From assembly GCF_018350175.1 (NCBI RefSeq), contig NC_058368.1, positions 166,038,001-166,102,000 of the forward strand: a DNA stretch of 64,000 nucleotides. Reading direction: 5' to 3'. Positions within the stretch are counted from its first letter, which is position 1. Every line of letters begins with the position of its first letter. Positions 52,656-64,000 of this stretch are shown piece by piece. The notes beneath the pieces are model-generated. The model saw only the letters and a program-made list of their open reading frames with translations, was not told the origin of the DNA and did no database searches. A program made the position numbers and the translations under genes. The DNA comes from Felis catus (lineage: Eukaryota).

Positions 52656-52826
52656 AAGGGTAAGGGATTCTTTTAGGGATGATAAAAGTGTTCTAACATT
52701 ACATAGTGGTAATAGTTAATGTAATTTTATGAACACATTAATACCCATTGAATTGTATACTTTGAAGTGTGAATTTTATGTAATCTCAGTTATATTTCAA
52801 TAAAGCTCTCATTTTTTAAAATTTTA

Positions 52827-53030
52827 GGGGCACCTGGGTGGCTTAGTCAGTTAGGCGTCGGACTTCAGCTCAGGTCATGATCTCGCGGTTCTTGAGTTCC
52901 AGCCCTGTGTCGGTTTCTGTGCTGACAGCTCAGAGCCTGGAGCCTGCTTTGGATTCTATGTCTCCTTCTCTCTGCCCCTCCCCTGCTCACAGTCTCTTTC
53001 TCCCAAAAATAAATAAACATTATTTTTTTT
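52827..53030 (+). mobile_element. CanSINE
   Basis: ggggcacctgggtggcttagtcagttaggcg...aaaaataaataaacatt; TSD ttttaaaattt on both sides. Confidence 0.93.
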
Positions 53031-53079
53031 AATTTTAAAATTTCTGTGTACTAGCAATGAGCAAGTAGAGGTAAATTTT

Positions 53080-53125
<46 letters not shown>

Positions 53126-53535
53126 ACCACTGCAATTGCTCCAAATGAAATGAAACATTTAGGTATTACTTAATATATGTACAGTACCTTTTTAACAAAA
53201 TGCTTAAGAAAGAAACTTTAGAAATATTCAAGGAAATAGAATGACCATGTTCATGGATTGGAAGACTCAACACAGTAAATATGTCAGTTATTACCAAATT
53301 AATGTATCCCTATTAAAATTGCAGCAAAGTTTTTTGTTTTGTTTTGTTTTGTAGAAACAGACAAGCTTTTTATAAAATTTATGTTAAGGCACAAGCCCTA
53401 GAAGAAGTAAAACAATTACACTAAGCAGGTTAGTGCCCCCCAAAGATGTTTATACCATAATCCCCAGAATCTGTGAATGTGTAGGATTGCATGGCATCAA
53501 GGAATTAAAATTAAATGTTATTAACAGCTGACTTT

Positions 53536-53747
53536 TCTTTCTTTAATGTTTATTTATTTTTGAGAGAGAGAGAGAGACAAAATGCAAGCAGGGGAGGGGC
53601 AGAGAGAGAGGGAGCCACAGAATCTGAAGCAGGCTCCAGGCTCTGAGCTGTCAGCACAGAGCCCGACATGGGGCTCAAACTCACGAACCAGGAGATCACA
53701 ATCTGAGCCGGTCATATGCTTAACAAACTGAGCCACCCAGGTGCCCC
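53536..53747 (-). mobile_element. CanSINE
   Basis: Antisense SINE; TSD taacagctgacttt / taatagctgacttt. Confidence 0.93.
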
Positions 53748-53970
53748 GCTAATAGCTGACTTTGAGAACCAACTGCCACATGATCTAGCAATTGCATTCT
53801 TGGGTATTTATCCCAGAGTGAGAGGAAAAGTTACATTTACACAAATACCTGTACACTAATGTTGATGGTAGCTCCATTTGTTGTATGTCCAAATCGGAAA
53901 CATCCTAGATGTCTTTAAACAGATCAATAAGCAAACTGTGGTAGACAGATAGATAGAAGATAAATGATAC

Positions 53971-54010
<40 letters not shown>
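53971..54010. repeat. (ATAG)10 tetranucleotide microsatellite
   Basis: Read directly; flanked by degenerate GATA/GACA units. Confidence 0.97.
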
Positions 54011-54587
54011 CAGACAGACAGGCAGATGTAGATAATATGGAATACTGCTGAGTAATAAAAGGAATTATGTCGATATACCTACATTAAGGTAATATCTTAA
54101 TCTTCAGAGAATTGTTCTGAATAAAAAATAAGAAAAAAAAATCCCAAAAAGTTACACTGAATAAGTAGTATCTCAAATGACAGAATTTAGATATGAATGA
54201 CAGATTAGTGACAGATTAGGGATGGGTGGATGGGAAAGCAGCATTTATGATTAATGGGAAACATGAGGGATTTTTGTGGTTTTGGAACTGTTCAGGATCA
54301 TGACTACCTAAATGATAAATTCTACAGAACTTACTACACACACAGAGACACACACACACACACACATGAGCCTAATTAAAACTGATGAAAACCGAATATG
54401 ATCATTGCTTTGTGTCAATAACTTAGTTTTGATATTATAGTTTTATAAAATGTTACATTCAGGCAAAATGCGACAAAGTGTAAGATATCTCTTTGTATTA
54501 TATTTTGCAACGGCATGTGAATCTATAATGATCTCAAAAATTTCATTCAAAAATTTATTAGGCCCCTATTTAAAATCAGTGTACTTT

Positions 54588-54808
54588 GGGGGCGCCTGGG
54601 TGGCGCAGTCGGTTAAGCGTCCGACTTCAGCCAGGTCACGATCTCGCAGTCCGTGAGTTCGAGCCCCGCGTCAGGCTCTGGGCTGATGGCTCGGAGCCTG
54701 GAGCCTGCTTCCGATTCTGTGTCTCCCTCTCTCTCTGCCCCACCCCCGTTCATGCTCTGTCTCTGTCCCAAAAATAAATAAAAAAAAGTTGAAAAAAAAA
54801 TTAAAAAA
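54588..54808 (+). mobile_element. Young felid CanSINE (SINEC_Fc-type)
   Basis: CpG-intact; TSD AAAATCAGTGTACTTT at 54572-54587 and 54809-54824. Confidence 0.97.
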
Positions 54809-55103
54809 AAAATCAGTGTACTTTGTAGTAGTATGTACATACTGACAATTAAATATATTTTAAAATTTGAATGAAGAAAATATCCTGCAGATCTCAAATA
54901 GCCCTTTTCCAGATTAATTCCCTTGATTATTTTAGTCTTATGTGAGTGATCCAATGTCTGCACAGGTGTTCATTTCTTCTTTGGGGGCTATAACTGTTAA
55001 TTCTAAATTCTGTTACTGTTAGTCATATACATGTTAAATTCTATAAATTATTAATCAGATTATTAAGTGTGTCTTTTACATAGGCCAGTTCTTCCACAGT
55101 GCT

Positions 55104-57414
55104 TTTATTAGTTTCCTAGAGCTATAGTAACAATGTACCACACACTGGAGGCTTAAAACAACAGAAATTTATTGTCTCATAGTTCTAGAAGCCAGAAGTT
55201 TGAAATCAAGATGTTGCAAGGATTGGTTCTTCCTGAGTCCTTTGAGAAAGAATCTCTTCCATGCCCTTCTCCTAGGTCCTGGTGATGGCCACAAATCTTT
55301 GGTGTTGTTTGGCTTGTAAATGCGCCACTCCGATTTCTGCCTCCATCTACACATGGCAGTCTCCCTGTGTCTGTATCTAAATTCTCACTTCTTATAAGGA
55401 CACCAGTAATATTGGATTAGGACCCACCCTAACAGACCCATTTTCATGTAAGTAATTACATCTGCCAAATAAGGTCACATTCTGAGGTACTTGGGGTTAG
55501 GACTTCCACATATAGCTTTAGGCAACTCAAGTCAACCCATGAAAGTCTTCCTTGTGGTTTCTCAAAATTAATGTCCTTCCTACATGCAAAATAGATTTAT
55601 CCATCCTAATATCTCCAGAAGTGTTAACCCATTCCATTATCAACCCTAAATCCAAAATCTCATCTAAATATCAACTCAAAGTTTCAAATCTCATGATCTA
55701 ATTCACCTAACTCAGTTATGGAAGATACAGGATATGATTTATTTTTGAGGAAAATTCCTCTATATCTGTGAATCTTTGAAATCAGACAAAATATCTACTC
55801 TCTAAATGCAACAGTGGAAAAAGCAAAGGATGAACATTCTCATTCCAAAAGAAAGAAATTCTAAAAGGAACAAAAGATAAAAGGGGCCATAGTTTCACAA
55901 AAAGTCCAAAACCAAGCAGATCAAATTCCATTAGATTTCAAGGCCTGAGAATAACATTCCATGGCTTGATGCCAAGAGTGGCCTCAACCCCTCAGTCTTG
56001 GGAACTGAAAGCCAGGAGATACAGTCAGCCTAGCCCTCTACTCCAGGGCTCTGCCTGGGGTGTCACTCTTCCTCTATTTTGCCAAGTCTCTGTGCTTTTC
56101 AGTCCAAGATGGCAGTGTTTCTGCTGGTATAAAATTTTCAATAACCTTGTGGGTCATCTGTGGGATGTCAAAGGAATTCACGCTATTAGATACAGGGGTT
56201 CTCTTGTAGATCCTTCCTGGATAACCACATCTCTATTCCTGGCTTTTGCTGAAAAGGTTGATTGGATATATGAATCACACCTAATCTCTTTAGCAAATCA
56301 TTGCTCAGCTGCACCCTTAGCCCTGTGTCCAGAGCAAGCTATCTAAATAGGCTAAAACTTTTCTAAATCATTAAGTGATAGTTCTTTAGTCTAGCAATCC
56401 CTTCTTCAGTTTATCTCTTTTCTCTTGCATTTTACCGTGAGCAGCACAAAATAAAACAAATTGCATCTTCAGACTTTGCTTGGAAATCTCAACTAAGTAT
56501 CTTGAGTTCTTCACTTAAAAGTTCTATTTCCCACTACTGAACAACAGAACACAATTAAATCAAGTCTCCGCCCCTTCATAACAAAGATCACCTTTCCTCC
56601 AATGTCCAATAACATTTCCTTATTTCTATCTGAGATTTTATCAGAGGTATCCTAATGTTCACAATTCTAGCAACACTTCGTTCATTGTGATATATACATC
56701 TAGACAATGACATATATATATATATACATGGATAGATAGATAGATATAGATATATTTATTTATGTATTAGAGATGATAAGCGTCCTCTCCAGATCTCATC
56801 ACTTGTCCCAGAGCCCTCAGCAGAATTGGCATTAGCATTCATATCTTTACCCACCGTCTCTTCAAAGCAACCTAAACATTTTCTATCATGTACTCCAAAA
56901 CTCTTCTAGCCTTTGCCTAATACCCAATTCCAAAACCACTTCTGTATTTTTAGTTATTTGTTACAACAGCACCTTGCTTTTAGGTACCAAAATTCTTCTT
57001 AGTTTCCTAGGGGTATGGTAACAAAGTACCACAAACTGATGTTTTAAAATAATAGAAATGTCTTGTCTCACACTTCTGAAGGTTTAAAATCCCAGATTAA
57101 CGGTGTCAGTAGGATTGCGTCAGAGATCAGAGGAAGTTTCTTCTAAGCTCATTCTTAGTTTCTGGTGATGAAGGGCAATCCTTGGTATGCCTTATAGAGT
57201 CTCAGCCTCCATCTTTACATGGCATTCTCCCTGTGTCTCTATGCTCAAGTTTCTCACTTCTTATAATGACACAAGTTATATGGCTTAGGACTCACCCTAA
57301 AGACTGTCTTAACTAATTACATTACCCTGTTTCCAAACAAGGTCACATCCTGAGGTAATGAGGGTAAAGACTTCACCATATATTTTCTGGGGGACACAAT
57401 TCAACCCATACAAT
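55104..57414 (-). mobile_element. Complete MaLR provirus (MLT1C-type LTR - MLT1-int - LTR)
   Basis: Two homologous LTRs (about 55104-55545 and 56994-57414) share tagtttcctag, ggtgatg, aaggtcacatYctgaggta and tcaacccat; internal region ends ...ggtaccaaaat; flanks gtgct / gtgtt. Confidence 0.9.
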
Positions 57415-57448
57415 GTGTTCTACACTGTCTTAAATAAAGTAGATCTAA

Positions 57449-57705
57449 GGGGCGCCTGGGTGGCTCAGTCGGTTGAGCACCCTGCTTTAGCTCAGGTCAT
57501 GATCTCACGGTTTGTAAGTTCGAGCCCCGCGTCGGGCTCTGTGCTGAGAGCTCAGAGCCTGGAGCCTGTTTCAGATTCTGTGTCTCCCTCTCTCTCTCTG
57601 CTCCTCCCCTGCTCGTGCTCTCTCTCTCTCTCTCTCTGTCTCTGTCTCTGTCTCTGTCTCTCTCTGTCTCTCTCAAAAATAAACATTAAAAAATTAAAAA
57701 AAAAC
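57449..57705 (+). mobile_element. CanSINE with expanded (CT)/(CTCTGT) tract
   Basis: TSD taaagtagatctaa (57435-57448) / taaaatagatctaa (57706-57719). Confidence 0.95.
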
Positions 57706-57904
57706 TAAAATAGATCTAAATAATTATTTTCTGAATTCACAAATTTAATGTTAAAATGGAATTCTACCATGTTGACTAGAGAGAACATATTTTAAGTTTA
57801 TACTTTCTGGTGGGAATTCATTGGGTAAGATAGGAATGATGGAAAAAGACAAAAGGGCTCCATTTTGGAAAGTAGTTGAGACTGTTGTAAAGAAGGCTGT
57901 GCTA

Positions 57905-58359
57905 GGGCACCTGGGTGGCTCAGTCGGTTAAGAATCCGACTTCAGGGGCGCCTGGGTGGCGCAGTCGGTTAAGCGTCCGACTTCAGCCAGGTCACGATCT
58001 CGCGGTCCGGGAGTTCGAGCCCCGCGTCAGGCTCTGGGCTGATGGCTCAGAGCCTGGAGCCTGTTTCCGATTCTGTGTCTCCCTCTCTCTCTGCCCCTCC
58101 CCCGTTCATGCTCTGTCTCTCTCTGTCCCAAAAATAAATAAACGTTGAAAAAAAATTAAAAAAAAAAAAAAAAAGAATCCGACTTCAGCTCAGGTCATGA
58201 TCTCGTACTTCGTGAGTTCGAGCCCCAGGTCCGGCTCTGTGCTGACAGCTCAGAGCCTGGATCCTGTTTCAGATTCTGTGTCTCCCTCTCTCTCTGATCC
58301 TCCCCCGTTCATGCTCTGTCTCTGTCTCAAAAATAAATAAACGTTAAAAAATTAAAAAA
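57905..58359 (+). mobile_element. CanSINE host split by a nested young SINE
   Basis: Perfect TSD AAAGAAGGCTGTGCTA at 57889-57904 and 58360-58375. Confidence 0.96.
57945..58172 (+). mobile_element. Nested young felid CanSINE (SINEC_Fc-type)
   Basis: Perfect TSD AAGAATCCGACTTCA at 57930-57944 and 58173-58187; long A tail. Confidence 0.97.
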
Positions 58360-59191
58360 AAAGAAGGCTGTGCTAAACTGCATTTTTGTACTAGAATGTC
58401 TTGATGTACTAGACATTGTACTAGAATGCACAAGAATGTCATTAGCAATTTAAATGAATAAACAGAACAGAATAAAATAAAATGAGATACAAACACAAAT
58501 ATAAACACTTCAGAAATCAATGCAATGTAACAATGTAACAACACCAGGAAGTTCTGCCCATTGTCTCATACAGAACCCAAACCACAGATTTTTCTGAAAC
58601 ATTGCTTACATTGCGATTTTGGAAGAAATTCTAATAGCATCATTCTAGAATTCATGACAAATTTAGTCATGTGTTGTGCATAAGAGATGGATAAAAAGTT
58701 CCAAAATAGTCCAGCATATCCTCTATAAAGGCATTAGGTTTTTCTGTTTTTTGGGGTTTTTTTCCTAATCACTATATGAAATACCCAGGTATTTATATTA
58801 TCTGTCATTTAAATTGTTTAAAAACAGGAATATCAATTAATAACAAATTTCTATCTACAGAGGTATAATGTAAGCACACTTTTTAAAAGTGTTCAGATTT
58901 TTTAAGTAGCAGTTTATCGGATCACACTGTTCTGTGAATGTGTGGAGCAGTTCAGCCTCGAGGGTAATGTAGTAATGTCATTCCTTAAAGGACTGTGATA
59001 AAGCCACCTATCTCTATTCATATCTGTGTCTACATCTATATCTATAACTATATAACTGTAACTATATCTATTATATCTACAACTGTAACTACATCTATAA
59101 CATCTGCCCTCACCTATCTATACAGCTGTTATTTATTCAAAATTCAAACTTTTTACCATAATGTGTCTTTCATTAAAAATGAAGAATTTCA

Positions 59192-59402
59192 GGGGCACCT
59201 GGGTGGCTTAGTCGGTTAAGTGTCTGACTTCGGCTCAGGTCATGATCTCATGGTTCATGGGTTCGAGCCCCGCATCGGGCTCTGTGCTGACAGCTCAGAG
59301 CCTAGAGCCTGCTTCGGATTCTGTGTCTCCCTTTCTCTCTGTTCCTCCCCTGCTCTCACTCTGTCTCTCTCTCACTCTCTCAAAAATAAAGATTAATTTT
59401 TT
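59192..59402 (+). mobile_element. CanSINE
   Basis: TSD aaaatgaagaatttca / aaaattaagaatttca. Confidence 0.95.
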
Positions 59403-59779
59403 AAAAATTAAGAATTTCACGTTTAAATGAGGCACTGCAAGTCACAATGTATATGTGAAATTTTCTGTGTGGAAGCTAAATTTAACTACATACAGATGAT
59501 AAAAATAACTGGACTATAAAACACCACTGACGCATTCTTTCTTTTTATCCTCTGGACTTAGGACAATACCTGGTTCTAAATATGGGCTTAGAAATGCTTG
59601 TTTAGGAATAAAGAAAGTTCTGCTATTTTTAAAATGGTTAATCCCAATGTCCATGATAAAGAGATTAATCATCTTAGAAATTAAATAAACCCATAGAGAT
59701 AAAAATGCACTTGCAGAACTTGCTGAGTAATAAGAATGGCCTCTATTTGTATCATTCTTTAAAATTTACAAAAAATAAC

Positions 59780-59960
59780 TTCCACATACCGATGTCATTA
59801 TATCTCATAAGAGATATGTATACTATATGTATCTATTCTTATTTCACAGATTACTAATCCTATGCTCAAAATCTAAAACCTCCCTGAGGCACAGAAATGT
59901 ACACAGAGCAGAGCCAACAATGTAACCCAGGTCTTCTGACTCTACTCAGGTACCTTTCCT
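59780..59960 (-). mobile_element. MIR
   Basis: attcttatttcacagat...agagcagagccaacaatgtaacccaggtcttctgactcta. Confidence 0.6.
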
Positions 59961-60078
59961 CTATTCCCTGTACAACCTCTATTAGCATTCATTCTCAATC
60001 CTACCATTCACATAGATACTCTTAGAAAAGTCTCTAATGTGCATTTAAGTATGTGTATGCTTAAACATGACAACTCTA

Positions 60079-60299
60079 GGGGCGCCTGGGTGGCGCAGTC
60101 GGTTAAGCGTCCGACTTCAGCCAGGTCACGATCTCGCGGTCCGTGAGTTCGAGCCCCGCATCAGGCTCTGGGCTGATGGCTCAGAGCCTGGAGCCTGTTT
60201 CCGATTCTGTGTCTCCCTCTCTCTCTGCCCCTCCCCCGTTCATGCTCTGTCTCTCTCTGTCCCAAAAATAAATACAAAAAAAAAAAAAAAAACAAAAAC
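60079..60299 (+). mobile_element. Young felid CanSINE (SINEC_Fc-type)
   Basis: Perfect TSD AACATGACAACTCTA at 60064-60078 and 60300-60314. Confidence 0.97.
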
Positions 60300-60441
60300 A
60301 ACATGACAACTCTAGAACATATACTGAAGGAATCAGATATTGTACCAATATGACTGAAACAAATTTATTAAGCTGAAGACTCTAAATTCACAATGGTGAA
60401 TAATTATTGACAAAATTCCAAATTTAACAAAGTAAAATTTT

Positions 60442-60444
<3 letters not shown>

Positions 60445-60478
<34 letters not shown>

Positions 60479-60497
60479 ACACACACACACACACACA
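60445..60497. repeat. Compound (TA)n(CA)n microsatellite
   Basis: Read directly. Confidence 0.96.
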
Positions 60498-62624
60498 ATA
60501 GTTGTATATATATATACATACATAATAGTTGTATTCAGGGAAAATTTACTATATGTTAAAATTCAGCTAATATTATTACATAGTTATAAATGACTCTGCA
60601 TCTACTTGAATATTAGTAGGAGGCATGATTATTCCTTACAGTGCATCTAATATCCTAAGCCTTTGTTCACTACATGCCAGTAGAACACCCAATATGATGG
60701 CAAGCAACACTGCCCCCTGAATTTCACAATGACCCCTATGTGCGATATCTCCTCTATTGTGCATTGCTGAACATAGCATGGGCATTAGGCAAAGTGAGCG
60801 GGAGCTTCACCTGCTTCACATTTCTGCCAATAGATGCTCAACACAGTTAGGACTTCCTGTATTCTTCCCATATTCCCCCCTCAGAGCATCTTTTGAAACA
60901 GCTTGAGACACCCCACGCTGCTTATGCGCAGGCAGCCTGCTTCCTCAGGAGGACAATGAGGAAGGGATAGATGTACATTTTGTAATCCTACATTATATAT
61001 ACCTTCTCAAGAAAATAAGGAATTAACTACTTTCACTATCATTCAATAGATTTTCATTAAATACCCCACAAGTTCAATTATATGAATGAAAATGAAAATC
61101 ATGAAACAGAAACAGTTAAAAAAATTTCTAATTAAAACAACCTAAAGTGCTTACCTATTCAAGAGCATCTCCTCAAGGGTCAAAGGCGAAGCTTTTATTA
61201 TTAAACTGTGTGGAAGCTAATTCAAGTCCTATGGTCAGAGTTATGGTGACAGGCCAAGATATCACTAGTAGACTGCCAACCACAGCTTTTGTTATTGCAC
61301 TTGTCAAAATATCCCAGTGGGATGGAAGATTTATTAGAATTTTCTTTCCAAATAAATCCCTGTTGTGAGTCAAATTATTCATTTTGTATTGAATAGTATT
61401 TTAAGAAATAATTCTGGAGTTGCTGAGAGACTATTAAGACACATGTCATATATTTTCATAACAAAATCAGAATGCCCCAAAATTCAAATGAATGAGAAAT
61501 GGGTTTTGTAAGTTGACTTTTCATTGTTTAATGCCATTTAAATTTCCTATAATCTTATGCCTTATTTGCCTCAAGAGCTACAAACCTTACTTATAATTTG
61601 ATATTAAGGGTCCTTCATTTTGATCCATGAAAATAGTTAAGGATTTCAGTTAAAGACTGGATTCACTGGCAACTGAGAATGGAGATTCCTAAGATCTACT
61701 TTGATATTTTCTATGTGTATCTAAGGTCTACAACTAGAGAGGCAGAACAAGAAAGTTTAAGCAATGTTAGTAATCCCTATTTGTTACTGGGCCCTTGGGT
61801 GTTTTCTCAAATGTGATGAATGAGGTAGATAAAAAAGAAAGGCCTTGGGGTCTCTAAGGGAGGATCATCTCACTAGGTAAGTGATGGTCCAGATCTCCCT
61901 GTGGGTCTTCTCTGAGTGAGGTTTGGAGCCACTATAACTTCTTACTAGAAACTTAGCAGGTATCCTCAGGCACTTGATCTTCTAATGAAGCACAACATTT
62001 GTGTAATGTGAATTTTTCTATTTTGATTTAATTGAATCACAATGGTTCAAATGTGTACACATACACATACAAACATTAATTGGCTGCATTCAGAGGTCTG
62101 TGAAGCTGAAACATCAATATTTAAAGTTGATAAACTTTTAAAAGTTTATTAAAGAAGGTTTTAAACTGCATATTTACTTTTAAAAGGGGCCATATTGTAA
62201 CATGGCAATCTGCACTTGTGTGGCAGTAAGGAAACTATGAAAAAAATCTCATCGCTACTTACACAACCCCATTAATGAAAACAGACTTAAAAAATATGTT
62301 TGGAGGCTCTATTGCCCTCACACATATTCAAAAGTGACCCTAAAACAAACATATGTTTCCCACCTCCTAACTAAATCTCTCTGACACTCCATTTACTTCA
62401 CTAATCTTAAAAACACACTTTATAAAGTTACAATTCATTAGATCTGAGATTGTTTAATATGGAGGACATCTGGGAATGGGTTCACTTAAACATCTGGGAC
62501 ACATCACATCATTAGTCAAAAGAAAACATTGATGAGTCCCTGAGTGCTCAATATGGCTGAACTTCACAGGCCCAGGGATCATAGCAAGACTGATTTCATA
62601 CACGTTTGCACACACATAATGCAT

Positions 62625-62625
<1 letters not shown>

Positions 62626-62668
<43 letters not shown>

Positions 62669-62670
62669 AC
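62626..62670. repeat. (CA)n microsatellite
   Basis: Read directly. Confidence 0.97.
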
Positions 62671-62754
62671 TAATCAAGAACTGAAAAAGAGAAATAGAAA
62701 GAATAAAAGAGAGGAAATGAAAAGAGAAAAATAAAAGTATGTTTCTTAAAAAGT

Positions 62755-63350
62755 ACGTAAGATCATCTCATTTTACTATTTATGGTTCCTTAATGAATTC
62801 TCGCTGTGCATAGAGTAAAATTCCAATTCCCTTACATAATGAGCATAATGCCACATGACTTGGGTTCTGAATTCCTTTGAGACCTCACCACCTGCTACAT
62901 TTCCTTTGGTATACAGTAGTATAGTACTAACATGAGCTTTCTTTTCCTGAACCTATAAAACTCCCAGGTCTTTCGTGCATTAGATCTTTACACTCATGTT
63001 CTCTTTGCATGAATTTTCTGACACCAAGTTTTCACATGGTCAGTTCTTTTTATTCAGATCTGATCAAATGTTACTTGATCTTCAGAGATATCATCTTGCC
63101 TAAAATTACCTGCCACCATATCTAAAGTGAGAAAGTCATCCTTTCTCACCATGTCAACCCAGTTTGATCACCATCATAACATTTAATGCCATTGAAAATT
63201 ATCATATTTGTAAAATAATTTATTTTTCTGTCCCTTCCATGTTCCATTTTAAGCACCATGCAAGGAAGTACTTTCTTTTACCATCCTATTCCACTCAACC
63301 TCAAATAAATAAAGCACTCAATAAAAAGGTTAAAAAATTAACAGATATGA
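62755..63350 (+). mobile_element. LINE-2 3' region
   Basis: tagagtaaaattccaattccctta...attcagatctgatcaaatgttact...taagcaccatgcaaggaag...gcactcaataaa. Confidence 0.75.
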
Positions 63351-64000
63351 ATTAACTGGTTACATATCTTTTTGAACTGGTTACATATTTTATTGGAGAT
63401 TATGGCCATATTTTGTTGAGTCTCCTTGGTCCATTGTATATCCCACAAATGTGGTTCGTTCTGAGTCACATAAATTCAGTCTTACCTTAGGGGAAGTACT
63501 CTTAACCAGAAATTGACTGAGGAATCTACCAGTTTAGTAAGATAGTGCTAAAAATGATTAATATCTCATTAAAGTCTCCACTCTATTTGCCACAGACTTT
63601 GGTGCACCATGAGTAAATGTAGATGATGTTTGACTACTGTCTTTACTGCCATGGCATGAAATGACAGCTTCATTGTAGCAGCAATGAATTTTTGCCTTAT
63701 AATTTGCAGCCAGAGAAGACAAGAAATGTGTATCTTTTGAATGAGTCATAGTTCGCCAAAATAGATTTTGGATAAAACTTTCTTGTTTAACAAAAATATA
63801 CAGAGTATTTTGCTGAAGCAATGGAAACAAAAGTTCCCAACATCGTTACTTTGTGAAAGTACATTTGGCAAATATATGGCCTTAGAATAACTTGAAAATA
63901 GGAAAGACACTAAATGTTTTACTGAATCAAAATGAAAAAAAAAAAAAAATCAGCACTATAGCAGCAACACAGTCCAAATTTGAGCCAATCAAGAAGAACA

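Larger units (their letters stand above)
50130..52810 (+). mobile_element. Old L1 ORF2 and 3' fragments interrupted by SINEs and simple repeats
   Basis: ctagcaagattgattagg, cataatcaagcaaggtttgttcccaga, atgacccaggtatatactcaag, cattgaattgtatactttgaagtgtgaattttatg. Confidence 0.7.
53040..54555 (+). mobile_element. Old L1 (L1MC/MD-type) ORF2 and 3'UTR, interrupted by an MLT1 fragment (about 53430-53535), a SINE and microsatellites
   Basis: ccatgttcatggattggaagactcaacacagtaaatatgtcag; ccacatgatctagcaattgcattcttgggtatttatcccag; gatatctctttgtattatattttgcaacggcatgtgaatcta. Confidence 0.8.

Noticed and set aside
55966..56346. 126-aa ORF
   Set aside because: Inside the degenerate MLT1 internal region, antisense to the element, no recognisable protein.
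63558..63830. 90-aa minus-strand ORF
   Set aside because: Non-ATG start, no recognisable motif, no matching splice sites.

Overview
AT-rich, repeat-dense mammalian DNA from a carnivore, almost certainly a felid: it carries many tRNA-derived CanSINEs, including near-identical young SINEC_Fc-type copies, and carnivore-type LINE-1 3' ends. I found no protein-coding exon, RNA gene, CRISPR array or CpG island that I can support, so this is intergenic or deep intronic sequence. It holds one near-full-length dead L1 (about 7.1-13.6 kb) nested in an older L1MC-type element, about 20 CanSINEs (two nested pairs), a complete MLT1C-type MaLR provirus, solo LTRs, a MER20, L2/MIR relics and many microsatellites. 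I did not find a new biological system. The notable signals are mechanistic: (1) the L1 5'UTR appears split into two separately inverted blocks with a 12-bp duplicated junction; (2) the same L1 lost its RT catalytic core at an ATTCA microhomology; (3) two independent SINE-in-SINE insertions duplicate the same 15-bp SINE segment from opposite strands; (4) four L1 copies grew different microsatellites at one homologous site; (5) several short duplications contain templated inverted inserts. Subfamily names come from recalled consensus sequences, not a search, and boundaries of old repeats are approximate.
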